Shown piece after piece: positions 30,101-44,299 of a stretch of 64,000 bases of DNA. A program made the position numbers and the translations under genes. Under the pieces are notes generated by a model. The model was not told the origin of the DNA, ran no database searches, and saw nothing but the letters and a program-made list of their open reading frames with translations. The stretch is from the human T2T-CHM13v2.0 reference genome, Homo sapiens. The DNA lies in NCBI RefSeq assembly GCF_009914755.1, contig NC_060933.1; one strand, written 5' to 3'. Each line of letters opens with the position of its first letter. Positions within the stretch are counted from its first letter, which is position 1.

Positions 30101-30269
30101 TGGAATGGAATGGAATGGAATGGAATTGAATGGAAAGGAATCAACTCGATTGAAATGGAATGGAATGGAATGGAATGGAATGGAATGGAATGGAATGGAA
30201 TGGAATCAACCCGAGTGCAATGGAATGGAGTGGAATGGAATGGAATGGAATGGAATGGAATGGAATGGA

Positions 30270-31370
30270 ATGGAATTAACCGGAATAGAATGGAATGCAA
30301 TGGAATGGAATGGAACGGAATGGAATGGAATGGAATGGAATGGAATGGAATGGAATGGAATCAACCCGAGTGCAGGGGAATGGAATGGAATGGAATGCAA
30401 TGGAATGGAATCATCCGGAATGGAATGGAATGGAATGGAATGCAATCAACCTGATGCAGTGGAATGGAGTGGAATGGAATGGAATGGAATGGAAACATCC
30501 CGAATGGAATGGAATGTAATGTAATGGAGTGTAAGGGAATTGAATAGAATGAATCCGAATGTAATGGAATGGAATGGAATGAAATGGAATGGAATGGAAT
30601 CAACCCGAGTGCAATGGAATGGATTCGAATGGAATGGAATGGAATGGAATGGATTCAACAAGAATGGAATGGAAAGGAATGGAATCAACCCGAGTGTAAT
30701 GGCATGGAATGGAATGGAATGGAATGGAATGGGATGGAATGGAATGGTACGGAATAGAATGGAATGGAATGAAATGGAATGGAATGGAATGGAATGGAAT
30801 GGAATGCAATGGAATGGAATGAACCCGTGTGCAATGGAATGGAATGGAATGGAATGGAATGGATTCAACTCGAATGGAATCAACTCGATTGCAATGGAAT
30901 GGAATGGAATTGAAAGGAATACAATGGAATCAACCCGAGTGGAATGGAATGGAAAGGACTGGAATGGAGTGGAATGGAATGGAATGGAATTAACCCTAAT
31001 AGAATGAAATGGAACGGAATGGAATGGAAAGTAATGGAATGGAATGGAATGGAATCAACCCGAGTGCAGGGGAATGGAATCGAATGGAATGCAATGGAAT
31101 GGAATCATCCGGAATGGAATGGAATGGAATGGAATGGAATGGAATGGAATGGAATGGAATCAACTCGATTTCAATGGAATGGAATGGAATAGAATGGAAT
31201 GGAATTAACACGAATAGAATGGAATGGAATGGAATTGAATGGAACAGAAAGGAATGGAATGGAATGGAATGGAATCAACCCAAGTGCAGGGGAATGGAAT
31301 GGAATGGAATTCAATGGAATGGAATCATCCGGAATGGAATGGAATGGAATGGAATGGAATGGAATCAACC
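30270..31370 (+). repeat. Rare ~1.1 kb segment K, copy 1 (copy 2 at ~61310-62330)
   Basis: CAACCTGATGC, GGAAACATCCCG, GGATTCAACAAGAATGG, GAACCCGTGTGC, CAACTCGATTTCAATGG and GGAACAGAAAGG were seen only here and ~31.0 kb downstream. Confidence 0.88.
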
Positions 31371-32449
31371 CGAGTGCAATGGAATGGAGAGGAATGGAAT
31401 GGAATGGAATGGAAACTACACGAATTGAATGGAATGTAATGGAGTGTAAGGGAATTGAATAGAATGAATCCGAATGGAATAGAATGGAAAGGAATGGAAT
31501 GGAATGGAATGGAATGGAATGGAATGGAATGGAATGGAATGGAATGCAATTGAATGGAATCAACCCGTGTGCAATGGAATGGAGAGGAATGGAATGGAAT
31601 GGAGTGGAAACTACCCGAATGGAATGGAATGTAATGGAGTGTAAGGGAATTGAATAGAATCAATCCGAATGTAATGGAAAGGATTGGAACTGAATGGAAT
31701 GGAATGGAATGGAATGGAATGGAATGGAATGGAATGCAATGGAATGGAATCAACCCGAGTACAATCGAATGGAATCAAATGGAATGGAATGCAATGGAAT
31801 GGAATCAACTCGATGGCAATCGAATGGAATGGAATGGAATTAACCCGAATAGAATGGAATGGAATGGAATGGAAAGGAACGGAATGGAATGGAATGGAAT
31901 GGAATGGAATGGAACGGAACGGAATGGAATGGAATGGAATGGAATGGAATGGAATCAACGCTAGTGCAGGGGCATGGAATGGAATCGAATGCTATGGAAT
32001 GGAATCTTCCGGAATGGAATGGAATGGAATGGAATGGAATGGAATGAATTGCAATGAATTCAACTCGATTGCAATGGAATGGAATAGAATGGAATGGAAT
32101 GGAATGGAATGGAATTAACCCGAATAGAATGGAATGGAATGCAATGGAACGGAATGGAATGGAATGGAATGGAATTGAATGGTATGGAATGGAATGGAAT
32201 GGTACGGAATAGAATGGAATGTAACGAATTGTAATGGAATGGAATTCAATGGAATGGAATGGAATCAACGCGAGTGCAGGGGAATGTAATGGAACGGAAT
32301 GCAATGGAATGGAATCATCCGGAATGGAATGGAATGGAATGGAATGGAATGGAATGGAATCAACCCGAGTGCAATGGAATGGAGTGGAATGGAATGGAAT
32401 GGAATACAACAACCCGAATTGAATGGAATGTAATGGAGAGTAAGGGAGT

Positions 32450-35400
32450 TGAATAGAATCATTCCGAATGTAATGGATTGGAATGCAACGGAATGGAATG
32501 GAATGGAATACAATGGAATGTAATCAACCCGAGTACAATGGAATGGAATGGAATGGAATGGAATGGAATGGAATGGAATGGAATGGAATGGAATGGAATG
32601 CCTTCAAACCGAATGGAATGGAAAGGAATGGAATCAACACGAGTGGAATGGAATGGAATGGAATGGAATGGAATGGAATGGAATGGAATGATACTGAATA
32701 GAATGGAATGGAACGAAATGGAATGGAATGGAATGGAATGGAATCGTTCCGAGTGGAATAGGAGGGAATGTATTCGAGTGGAATGGAAAGGAATGGAATC
32801 AACCAGAGTGGAATGGAAGGGAATGGAATGGAATGGAAACTAATAGAATGGAATCAACCCGAGTGGAATGGAATGGAAAGGAATGGAATGGAATGGAATG
32901 GAATGGAATGGAATGGAATGGAATGGAATTAACTCGATTGTAATGGAATGGAATGGAATGGAATGGAATGGAATGGAATTAACCCGAATACAATGGAATG
33001 GAATGGAATGGAACGGAATGGAGTGGAATGGAATGGAATCAACCCGAGTGCAGGGGAATGGAATGGAATGGAATGCAATGGAATGGAATCATCCGGAATG
33101 GAATGGAATGGAATGGAATGCAAAGCAATGGAATCAACTCGATTGCAATGGAATGGAATGGAATGGAAAGGAATACGTTGGAATCAACCCGACTGGAATG
33201 GAATGGAAAGGACTGGAATGGAGTGGAATGGAATGGAATGGAATGGAATGGAATCAACTCGATTGGAATGGAATGGAATGGAATGGAATGGAATGGAATT
33301 AACCCGAATAGAATGGAATGGAATGGAATGGAACGGAATGGAATGGAATGGAATGGAATGGAATGGAAACAACCCGACTGCAGGGGAATGGAATGGAATG
33401 GAATGCAATGGAATGGATTCAACTTGAATGGAATGGAAAGAATGGAATCAACACGAGTGGAATGGCAGGAATTGGAATGGAATGGAATGGAATCAACCCG
33501 AGTAAAGGGGAATGGAATGGAATGGAATGCAATGGAATGGAATCATCCGTAATGGAATGGAAAGGAATGGAATGGAATGGAATGGAATGGAACGGAACGG
33601 AACGGAATGGAATGGACTGGAATGGAATGGAATGGAATGGAATGGAACGGAAAGGAATGGAATGGAATGGAATGGAATGGAATGGAATGGAATGGAATCA
33701 ACGCGAGTGCAGTGGAATGGAATGGAATGGAATGCAATGGAATGGAATCTTCCGGAATGGAGTGGAATGGAATGGAATGGAATGGAATGGAATGGAATAA
33801 ACCCGAGTGCAATGGAATGGAGTGGAATGGAATGGAATGGAATGGAACAACCCGAATGGAATTGAATGGAATGGAGAGTAAGGGAGTTGAATAGAATCAA
33901 TCCGAATGTAATGGAATGGAATGGAACGGAATGGAATTGAATGGAATGGAATGGAATGCAATGGAATGGAATCAACCCGAGTTCAATGGAATGGAGAGGA
34001 ATGGAATGGAATGGAATGGAAACTACCCGAATGGAATGGAATGTAATGGAGTGTAAGGGAATCGAATAGAATCAATCCGAATGTAATGGAATGGAATGGA
34101 ATGGAATGGAATGAAATGGAATGGAATGGAATGGAATGGAATGGAATGGAATGGAATGCAATGGAATGGAATCAACCCGAGTGCAATCGAATGGAATCGA
34201 ATGGAATGGAATGCAATGGAATGGATTCAACTTGAATGGAATGGAAAGAATGGAATCAACACGAGTGGAATGGCATGGATTGGAATGGAATGGAATGGAA
34301 TCAACCCGAGTACAGGGGAATGGAATGGAATGGAATACAATGGAATGGAATCATCCGTAATGGAATGGAAAGGAATGGAATGGAATGGAATGGAATGGAA
34401 TGGAATGGAATGGAATCAACTCGATTGCAATCGAATGGAATGGAATGGAATTAACCCGAATAGAATGGAATGGAATGGAATGGAACGGAACGGAATGGAA
34501 TGGAATGGAATGGAATGGAACGGAAAGGAAGGGAATGGAATGGAATAGAATGGAATGGAATGGAATCAACGCGAGTGCAGGGGAATGGAATGGAATGGAA
34601 TGCAATGGAATGGAATCTTCCGGAATGGAATGGAATGGAATGGAATGGAATGGAATGGAATGGAATCAACCCGAGTGCAATGGAATGGAGTGGAATGGAA
34701 TGGAATGGAATGGAACAACCCGAATGGAATGGAATGTAATGGAGAGTAAGGGAGTTGAAAAGAATCAATCCGAATGTAATGGAATGGAATGGAGCGGAAT
34801 GGAATGGAATGGAGTGGAATGGAATGGAATGAAATGGAATGGAATCAACCCGAGTACAATGGAATGGAATGGAATGGAATGGAATGGAATGGAATGGAAT
34901 GGAATGGAATGCAATGTAATGGAATTTTCCGGAATGGAATGGAATGGAATGGAATGGAATGGAATGGAATGGAATGGAATGCAACGGATTCAACTCGATT
35001 GCAATGGCATGGAATAGAATGGAATGGAATGGAATGGAATGGAATGGAATTAAACCGAATAGAATGGAATGGAATGGAATGGAGCGGAACAGAACGGAAC
35101 GGAACGGAACGGAGTGGAATGGAATGGAATGGTTTTGTATGGAATGGAATGGAATGGTACGGAATAGAATGGAATGGAAAGAATTGGAATGGAATGGAAT
35201 CGAATGGAATGGAATGGAATGGAATGGAATCAACCCGAGTGCAGGGGAATGTAATGGAACGGAATGCAATGGAATGGAATCATCCGGAATGGAATGGAAT
35301 GGAATGGAATGGAATGGAATGGAATGGAATGGAATGGAATCAACCCGAACGCAATGGAATGGAGTGGAATGGAATGGAATGGAATGGAACAACCCGAATG

Positions 35401-38400
35401 GAATGGAATGTAATGGAGAGTAAGGGAGTTGAATAGAATCAATCCGAATGTAATGGAATGGAAAGGAATGGAATGGAATGGAATGGAATGGAATGGAATG
35501 AAATGGAATGGAATCAACCCGAGTACAATGGAACAGAATGGAATGGAATGGAATGGAATGGAATGGAATGGAATGGAATGGAACGGAATGGAATGGAATG
35601 GAATGGAACGGAATGGAACCAACCCGAGTGCAATGGAATGTAGTGGAATGGAATGGAATGGAATGGAATGGAAAAACCCGAATGGAATGGAATGTAATGG
35701 AGAGTAAGGGAGTTCAATAGAATCAATCCGAATGTAATGGAATGGAATGCAACGGAATGGAATGGAATGGAATGGAATGGAATGCAATGGAATTGAATCA
35801 ACCCGAGTACAATGGAATGGAATGGAATGGAATGGAATGGAATGGAATGGAATGGAATGGAATGATACGGAATAGAATGGAATGGAACGAAATGGAATGG
35901 AATGGAATGGAATGGAATGGAATGGAATGGAATGGAATCGTTCCGAGTGGAATAGGAGGGAATGTATTCGAGTGGAATGGAAAGGAATGGAATCAACCAG
36001 AGTGGAATGCAAGGGAATGGAATGGAATGGAAACTAATAGAATGGAATCAACCCGAGAGGAATGGAATGGAAAGGACTGGAATGGAATGGAATGGAATGG
36101 AATCAACTCGATTGTAATGGAATAGAATGGAATGGAATGGAATGGAATGGAATGGAATTAACCCGAATACAATGCAATGGAATGGAATGGAACGGAATGG
36201 AGTGGAATGGAATGGAATCAACCCGAGTGCAGGGGAATGGAATGGAATGGAATGCAATGGAATGGAATCATCCGGAATGGAATGGAATGGAATGGAATGC
36301 AAAGCAATGGAATCAACTCGATTGCAATGGAATGGAATGGAATGGAAAGGAATACATTGGAATCAACCCGAGTGGAATGGAATGGAAAGGACTGGAATGG
36401 AGTGGAATGGAATGGAATGGAATGGAATGGAATCAACTCGATTGGAATGGAATGGAATCGAATGGAATGGAAAGGAATTAACCCGAATAGAATGGAATGG
36501 AATGGAATGGAACGGAACGGAATGGAATGGAATGGAATGGAATGGAATGGAATGGAAGCAACCCGACTGCAGGGGAATGGAATGGAATGGAATGCAATGG
36601 AATGCATTCAACTTGAATGGAATGGAAAGAATGGAATCAACACGAGTGGAATGGCATGGATTGGAATGGAATGGAATGGAATCAACACGAGTGGAATGGC
36701 ATGGATTGGAATGGAATGGAATGGAATCAACCCGAGTACAGGGGAATGGAATGGAATGGAATGCAATGGAATGGAATCATCCGTAATGGAATGGAAAGGA
36801 ATGGAATGGAATGGAATGGAATGGAATGGAATGGAATCAACTCGATTGCAATCGAATGGAATGAAATGGAATTAACCCGAATAGAATGGAATGGAATGGA
36901 ATGGAACGGAACGGAACGGAATGGAATGGATTGGAATGGAATGGAATGGAACGGAAAGGAATGAAATGGAATGGAATGGAATGGAATGGAATGGAATGGA
37001 ATCAACGCGAGTGCAGGGGAATGGAATGGAATGGAATGCAATGGAATGGAATCTTCCGGAATGGAATGGAATGGAATGGAATGGAATGGAATGGAATGGA
37101 ATGGAATAAACCCGAGTGCAATGGAATGGAGTGGAATGGAATGGAATGGAATGGAACAACCCGAATGGAATGGAATGTAATGGAGAGTAAGGGAGTTGAA
37201 TAGAATCAATCCGACTGTAATGGAATGGAAAGGAACGGAATGGAATTGAATGGAATGGAATGGAATGCAATGGAATGGATTCAACCCGAGTTCAATGGAA
37301 TGGAGAGGAATGGAATGGAATGGAATGGAAACTACCCGAATGGAATGGAATGTAATGGAGTGTAAGGGAATTGAATAGAATCAATCCGAATGTAATGGAA
37401 TGGAATGGATCCGAATGGAATGGAATTGAATGGAATGGAATGGAATGGAATGGAATGCAATGGAATGGATTCAACTTGAATGGAATGGAAAGAATGGAAT
37501 CAACACGAGTGGAATGGCATGGATTGGAATGGAATGGAATGCAATCAACCCGAGTACAGGGGAATGGAATGGAATGGAACGGAAAGGAAGGGAATGGAAT
37601 GGAATAGAATGGAATGGAATGGAATCAACGTGAGTGTAGGGGAATGGAATGGAATGGAATGCAATGGAATGGAATCTTCCGGAATGGAATGGAATGGAAT
37701 AGAATGGAATGGAATGGAATGGAATCAACCCGAGTGCAATGGAATGGAGTGGAATGGAATGGAATGTAATGGAACAACCCGAATGGAATGGAATGTAAAG
37801 GAGAGTAAGGGAGTTGAAAAGAATCAATCCCATTGTAATGGAATGGAATGGAACGGAATGGAATGGAATGGAATGGAATGGAATGGAATGCAATGGAATG
37901 GAATCAGCCCGAGTACAATGGAATGGAATGGAATGGAATGGAATGGAATGGAATGGAATGGAATGGAATGGAATGCAATGGAATGGAATCTTCCGGAATG
38001 GAATGGAATGGAATGGAATGGAATGGAATGGAATGGAATGCAATGGATTCAACTCGATTGCAATGGAATGGAATAGAATGGAATGGAATGGAATGGAATG
38101 GAATGGAATGGAATTAAACCGAATAGAATGGATTGGAATGGAATGGAACGGAACAGAACGGAACGGAACGAAACGGAGTGGAATGGAGTGGAACGGAATT
38201 GTAAGGAATGGAATGGAATGGTACGGAATATAATAGAATGGAAAGAATTGGAATGGAATGGAATGGAATGGTATGGAATGGAATGGAATGGAATGGAATC
38301 AACCCGAGTGCAGGGGAATGTAATGGAACGGAATGCAATGGAATGGAATCATCCGGAATGGAATGGAATGGAATGGAATGGAATGGAATGGAATGGAATC

Positions 38401-38760
38401 AACCTGAGCGCAATGGAATGGAGTGGAATGGAATGGAATGGAATGGAACAACCCGAATGGAATGGAATGTAATGGAGAGTAAGGGAGTTGAATAGAATCA
38501 ATCCGAATGTAATGGAATGGAACGGAATGGAATGGAATGGAATGGAATGGAATGGAATGGAATGGAATGGAATGGAATGCAATCAACCCGAGTACAATGG
38601 AACGGAATGGAATGGAATGTAATGGAATGGAATGGAATGGAATGGAATGGAATGGAATGGAATCAACCCGAGTGCAATGGAATGGAGAGGAATGGAATGG
38701 AATGGAATGGAAACTACCCGAATGGAATGGAACGGAATGGAGTGTAAGGGAATTGAATAG
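32450..38760 (+). repeat. Imperfect tandem duplication, period ~3.1-3.2 kb
   Basis: Paired markers: H 32745/35939, A 33418/36607 and 34226/37470, GAGTTGAAAAGAATC 34752/37811, GGAAAGAATTGG 35176/38240. Confidence 0.75.
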
Positions 38761-41700
38761 AATCAATCCGAATGGAATGGAATGGAATGGAACGGAATGT
38801 AATGTAATGGAATGGAATGGAAAAAACCCGAGTGCAGGGAAATGGAATGGAATGGAATGCAATGGAATGGAATCATCCGGAATGGAATGGAATGGAATGC
38901 AATGGAATGGAATGGAATGGAATCAACCCGAGTGCAATGTAATGGAGTGAAATGGAATGGAATGGAATGGAGACAACCAGAATGGATTGGAATATAATGG
39001 AGTGTAAGGGAATTCAATAGAATCAATCTGAATGTAATGAAATGGAATGGAACGGAATGGAATGGAATGTAATGGAATGGAATGGAATGCAATGGAATGC
39101 AATCAACCCGAGTGCAATCGAATGGAATCGAATGGAATGGAATGCAATGGAATGGATTCAACTTGAATGGAATGGAAAGAATGGAATCAACACGAGTGGA
39201 ATGGCATGGATTGGAATGGAATGGAATGGAATCAACCCGAGTATAGGGGAATGGAATGGTATGGAATGCAATGGAATGGAATAATCCGTAATGGAATGGA
39301 AAGGAATGGAATGGAATGGAATGGAATGGAATGGAATGGAATGGAATGGAACGGAACGGAACGGAATGGAATGGAATGGAATGGAATGGAATGGAATGGA
39401 ATCAACGCGAGTGCAGGGGAATGGAATGGAATGGAATGCAATGGAATGGAATCTTCCGGAATGTAATGGAATGGAATGGAATGGAATGGAATGGAATGGA
39501 ATGGAATGGAATGGAATCAACCCGAGTACAGGGGAATGGAATGGAATGGAATGCAATGGAATGGAATCATCCGTAATGGAATGGAAAGGAATGGAATGGA
39601 ATGGAATGGAATGGAATGGAATGGAAAGGAATGGAATGGAATGAAATGGAATGGAATGGAGTGCAATGGAATGGAATCAACCCGAGTGCAATCGAATGGA
39701 ATCGAATGGAATGGAATGCAATGGAATGGATTCAACTTGAATGGAATGGAAAGAATGGAATCAACACGAGTGGAATGGCATGGATTGGAATGGAATGGAA
39801 TGGAATCAACCCGAGTACAGGGGAATGGAATGGAATGGAATGCAATGGAATGGAATCATCCGTAATGGAATGGAAAGGAATGGAATGGAATGGAATGGAA
39901 TGGAATGGAATGGAATCAACTCGATTGCAATCGAATGGAATGGAATGGAATTAACCCGAATAGAATGGAATGGAATGGAATGGAACGTAACGGAACGGAA
40001 CGGAACGGAATGGAATGGAATGGAATGGAACGGAAAGGAATGGAATTGAATGGAATGGAATGGAATGGAATGGAATGGAATCAACACGAGTGCAGGGGAA
40101 TGGAATGTAATGGAATGTAATGGAATGGAATCTTCCGGAATGGAATGGAATGGAATGGAATCAACCCGAGTGCAATGGAATGGAGTGGAATGGAATGGAA
40201 TGGAATGGAACAACCCGAATGGAATCGAATGTAATGGAGAGTAAGGGAGTTGAATAGAATCAATCCGAATGTAATGGAATGGAATGGAACGGAATGGAAT
40301 TGAATTGAATGGAATGGAATGGAATGGAGTGTTAGGGAGTTGAATAGAATCAATCCGAATGTAATGGAATGGAACGGAATGGAATGGAATGGAATGGAAT
40401 CGAATGGAATGGAATGCAATGGAATGGAATCAACCCGAGTACAATGGAACGGAATGTAATGTAATGCAATGTAATGTAAAGGAATGGAATGGAATGGAAT
40501 CAACCCGAGTGCAATGGAATGGAGAGGAATGGAATGGAATGGAAAGGAAACTACCCGAATGGAATGGAATGTAATGGAGTGTAAGGGAATTGAATAGAAT
40601 CAATCCGAATGGAATGGAATGGAATGGAACGGAATGTAATGGAATGGAATGGAATGGAATCAACCCGAGTGCAGGGGAATGGAATGGAAAGGAATGCAAT
40701 GGAATGGAATCATCCGGAATGGAATGGAATGGAATGCAATGGAATGGAATGGAATGGAATCAACCCGAGTGCAATGGAATGGAGTGAAATGGAATGGAAT
40801 GGAATGGAAACAACCAGAATGGATTGGAATATAATGGAGTGTAAGGGAATTGAATAGAATCAATCTGAATGTAATGAAATGGAATGGAACGGAATGGAAT
40901 GGAATGGAATGGAATGGAATGGAATGCAATGGAATGGAATCAACCCGAGTGCAATCGAATGGAATCGAATGGAATAGAATGCAATGGAATGGATTCAACT
41001 TGAATGGAATGGAAAGAATGGAATCAACACGAGTGGAATGGCATGGATTGGAATGGAATGGAATTGAATCAACCCGAGTACAGGGGAATGGAATGGAATG
41101 GAATGCAATGGAATGGAAAGGAATGGAATGGAACGGAATGGAATGGAATGGAATGGAATGGAATCAACTCGATTGCAATATAATGGAATGGAATGGAATT
41201 AACCCGAATAGAATGGAATGGAATGGAATGGAACGGAACGGAATGGAATGGAATGGAATGGAATGGAATGGAATGGAACGGAACGGAATGGAATGGAATG
41301 GAATGGAATGGAATGGAATGCAATGGAATCAACGCGAGTGCAGGGGAATGGAATGGAATGGAATGCAATGGAATGGAATCTTCCGGAATGGAATGGAATG
41401 GAATGGAATGAAATGCAATGGATTCAACTCGATTACAATGGAATGGAATAGAATGGAATGGAATGGAATGGAATGGAATGGAATTAACCCGAATGGAATG
41501 GAAAGGAACGGAATGGAACGGAATGGAATGGAATGGAATGGAATGGAATTGTATGGAATGGAATGGAATGGTACGGAATAGAATGGAATGGAACGAATGT
41601 AATGTAATGGAATTGAATGGAATGGAATGGAATGGAATGGAATCAACGAGAGTGCAGGGGAATGTAATGGAACGGAATGCAATGGAATGGAATCATCCGG

Positions 41701-44299
41701 AATGGAATGGAATGGAATGGAATGGAATGGAATGGAATGGAATGGAATGGAATGGAATCAATCCGACTGCAATGGAATGGAGTGGAATGGAATGGAATGG
41801 AATGGAACAATCCGAATGGAATGGAATGTAATGGAGAGTAAGGGAGTTGAATAGAATCAATCCGAATGTAATGGAATGGAATGCAACGGAATGGAATGGA
41901 ATGGAATGGAATGGAATGCAATGGAATGGAATCAACCCGAGTACAATGGAATGGAATGGAATGGAATGGAATGGAATGGAATGGAATGGAATGGAATGCC
42001 TTCAAACCGAATGGAATGGAAAGGAATGAAATCAACACGAGTGGAATGGAATGGAATGGAATGGAATGGAATGGAATGATACGGAATAGAATGGAATGGA
42101 ACGAAATGGAATGGAATGGAATGGAATGGAATCGTTCCGAGTGGAATAGGAGGGATTGTATTCGAGTGGAATGGAAAGGAATGGAATCAAACAGAGTGGA
42201 ATGGAAGGGAATGGAATGGAATGGAAACTAATAGAATGGAATCAACCCGAGTGGAATGGAATGGAAAGGACTAGAATGGAAAGGAATGGAATGGAATGGA
42301 ATGGAATGGAATGGAATGGAATGGAATGGAATCAACGCGAGTGCAGGGGAATGGAATGGAATCGAATGGAATGGAATGGAATCAACCCGAGTGCAGCGGA
42401 ATGTAATGGAACGGAATGCAATGGAATGGAATCATCCGGAATGGAATGCAATGGAAAGGAATGGAATAAACCCGAGTGCAATGGAATGGAGTGGAATGGA
42501 ATGGAATGGAATGGAACAATCCGAATGGAATGGAATGTAATGGAGAGTAAGGGAGTTGAAAAGAATCAATCCGAATGTAATGGAAAGGAACCGAATGGAA
42601 TGGAATGGAATGGAATGGAATGGAATGGAATGGAATGCAATGGAATGGGATCAACCCGAGTACAATGGAATGGAATGGAATGGAATGGAATGGAATGGAA
42701 TGGAATGGAATGATACGGAATAGAATGGAATGGAACGAAATGGAATGGAATGGAATGGAATGGAATGGAATGGAATGGAATCGTTACGAGTGGAATAGGT
42801 GGGAATGTATTCGAGTGGAATGGAAAGGAATTTAATCAACCAGAGAGGAATGGAAGGGAATGGAATGGAATGGAAACTAATAGAATGGAATCAACCCGAG
42901 TGGAATGGAATGGAAAGGACTGGAATGGAATGGAATGGAATGGAATCAACTCGATTGTAATGGAATGAAATGGAATGGAATGGAATGGAATGGAATGGAA
43001 TCAACCCGAGTGCAATGGAATGGAGTGGAATGGAATGGAATGGAATGGAACAACCCGAATGGAATGGAATGGAATGGAGAGTAAGGGAGTTGAATAGAAT
43101 CAATCCGAATATAATGGAATGGAATGGAACGGAATGGAATTGAATGGAATGGAATGGAATGCAATGGAATGGAATCAACCCGAGTGCAATGGAGTGGAGA
43201 GGAATGGAATGGAATGGAATGGAAACTACCCTAATGGAATGGAATGTAATGGAGTGTAAGGGAATTGAATAGAATCAATCCGAATGTAATGGAATGGAAT
43301 GGAACGGAATGGAATGGAATGGAATGGAATGGAATGGATTGGAATGGAATGCAATGGAATGGAATCAACCCGAGTGCAATCGAATGGAATCGAATTGAAT
43401 GGAATGCAATGGAATGGATTCAACTTGAATGGAATGGAAAGAATGGAATCAACACGAGTGGAATGGCATGGATTGGAATGGAATGGAACGGAATCAACCC
43501 GAGTACAGGGGAATGGAATGGAATGGAATGCAATGGAATGGAATCATCCGTAATGGAATGGAAAGGAATGGAATGGAATGGAATGGAATCAACTCGATTG
43601 CAATCGAATGGAATGGAATGGAATTAACCCGAATAGAATGGAATGGAATGGAATGGAACGGAACGGAATGGAATGGAATGGAATGGAACGGAACGGAATG
43701 GAATGGAATGGAATGGAATGGAATCAACGCGAGTGCAGGGGAATGGAATTGAATGGAATGCAATGGAATGGAAACTTCCGGAATGGAATGGAATGGAATG
43801 GAATGGAATGAAATGCAATGGATTCAACTCGATTACAATGGAATGGAATAGAATGGAATGGAATGGAATGGAATGGAATTAATCCGAATAGAATGGAATG
43901 GAATGGAATGGAACGGAATGGAACGGAATGGAATGGAATGGAATGGAATGGAATGGTATGGAATGGAATGGAATGGTACGGAATAGAATGGAATGGAGCG
44001 AATTGTAATGGAATGGAATTGAATGGAATGGAATGGAATGGAATGGAATCAACGCGAGTGCAGGGGAATGTAATGGAACGGAATGCAATGGAATGGAATC
44101 ATCCGGAATGGAATGGAATGGAATGGAATGGAATGGAATGGAATCAACCCGAGTGCAATGGAATGGAGTGGAATGGAATGGAATAGAATGGAAGAACCCG
44201 AATGGAATGGAATGTAATGGAGAGTAAGGGAGTTGAATAGAATCAATCCGAATGTTATGGAATGGAATGCAACGGAATGGAATGGAATGGAATGGAATG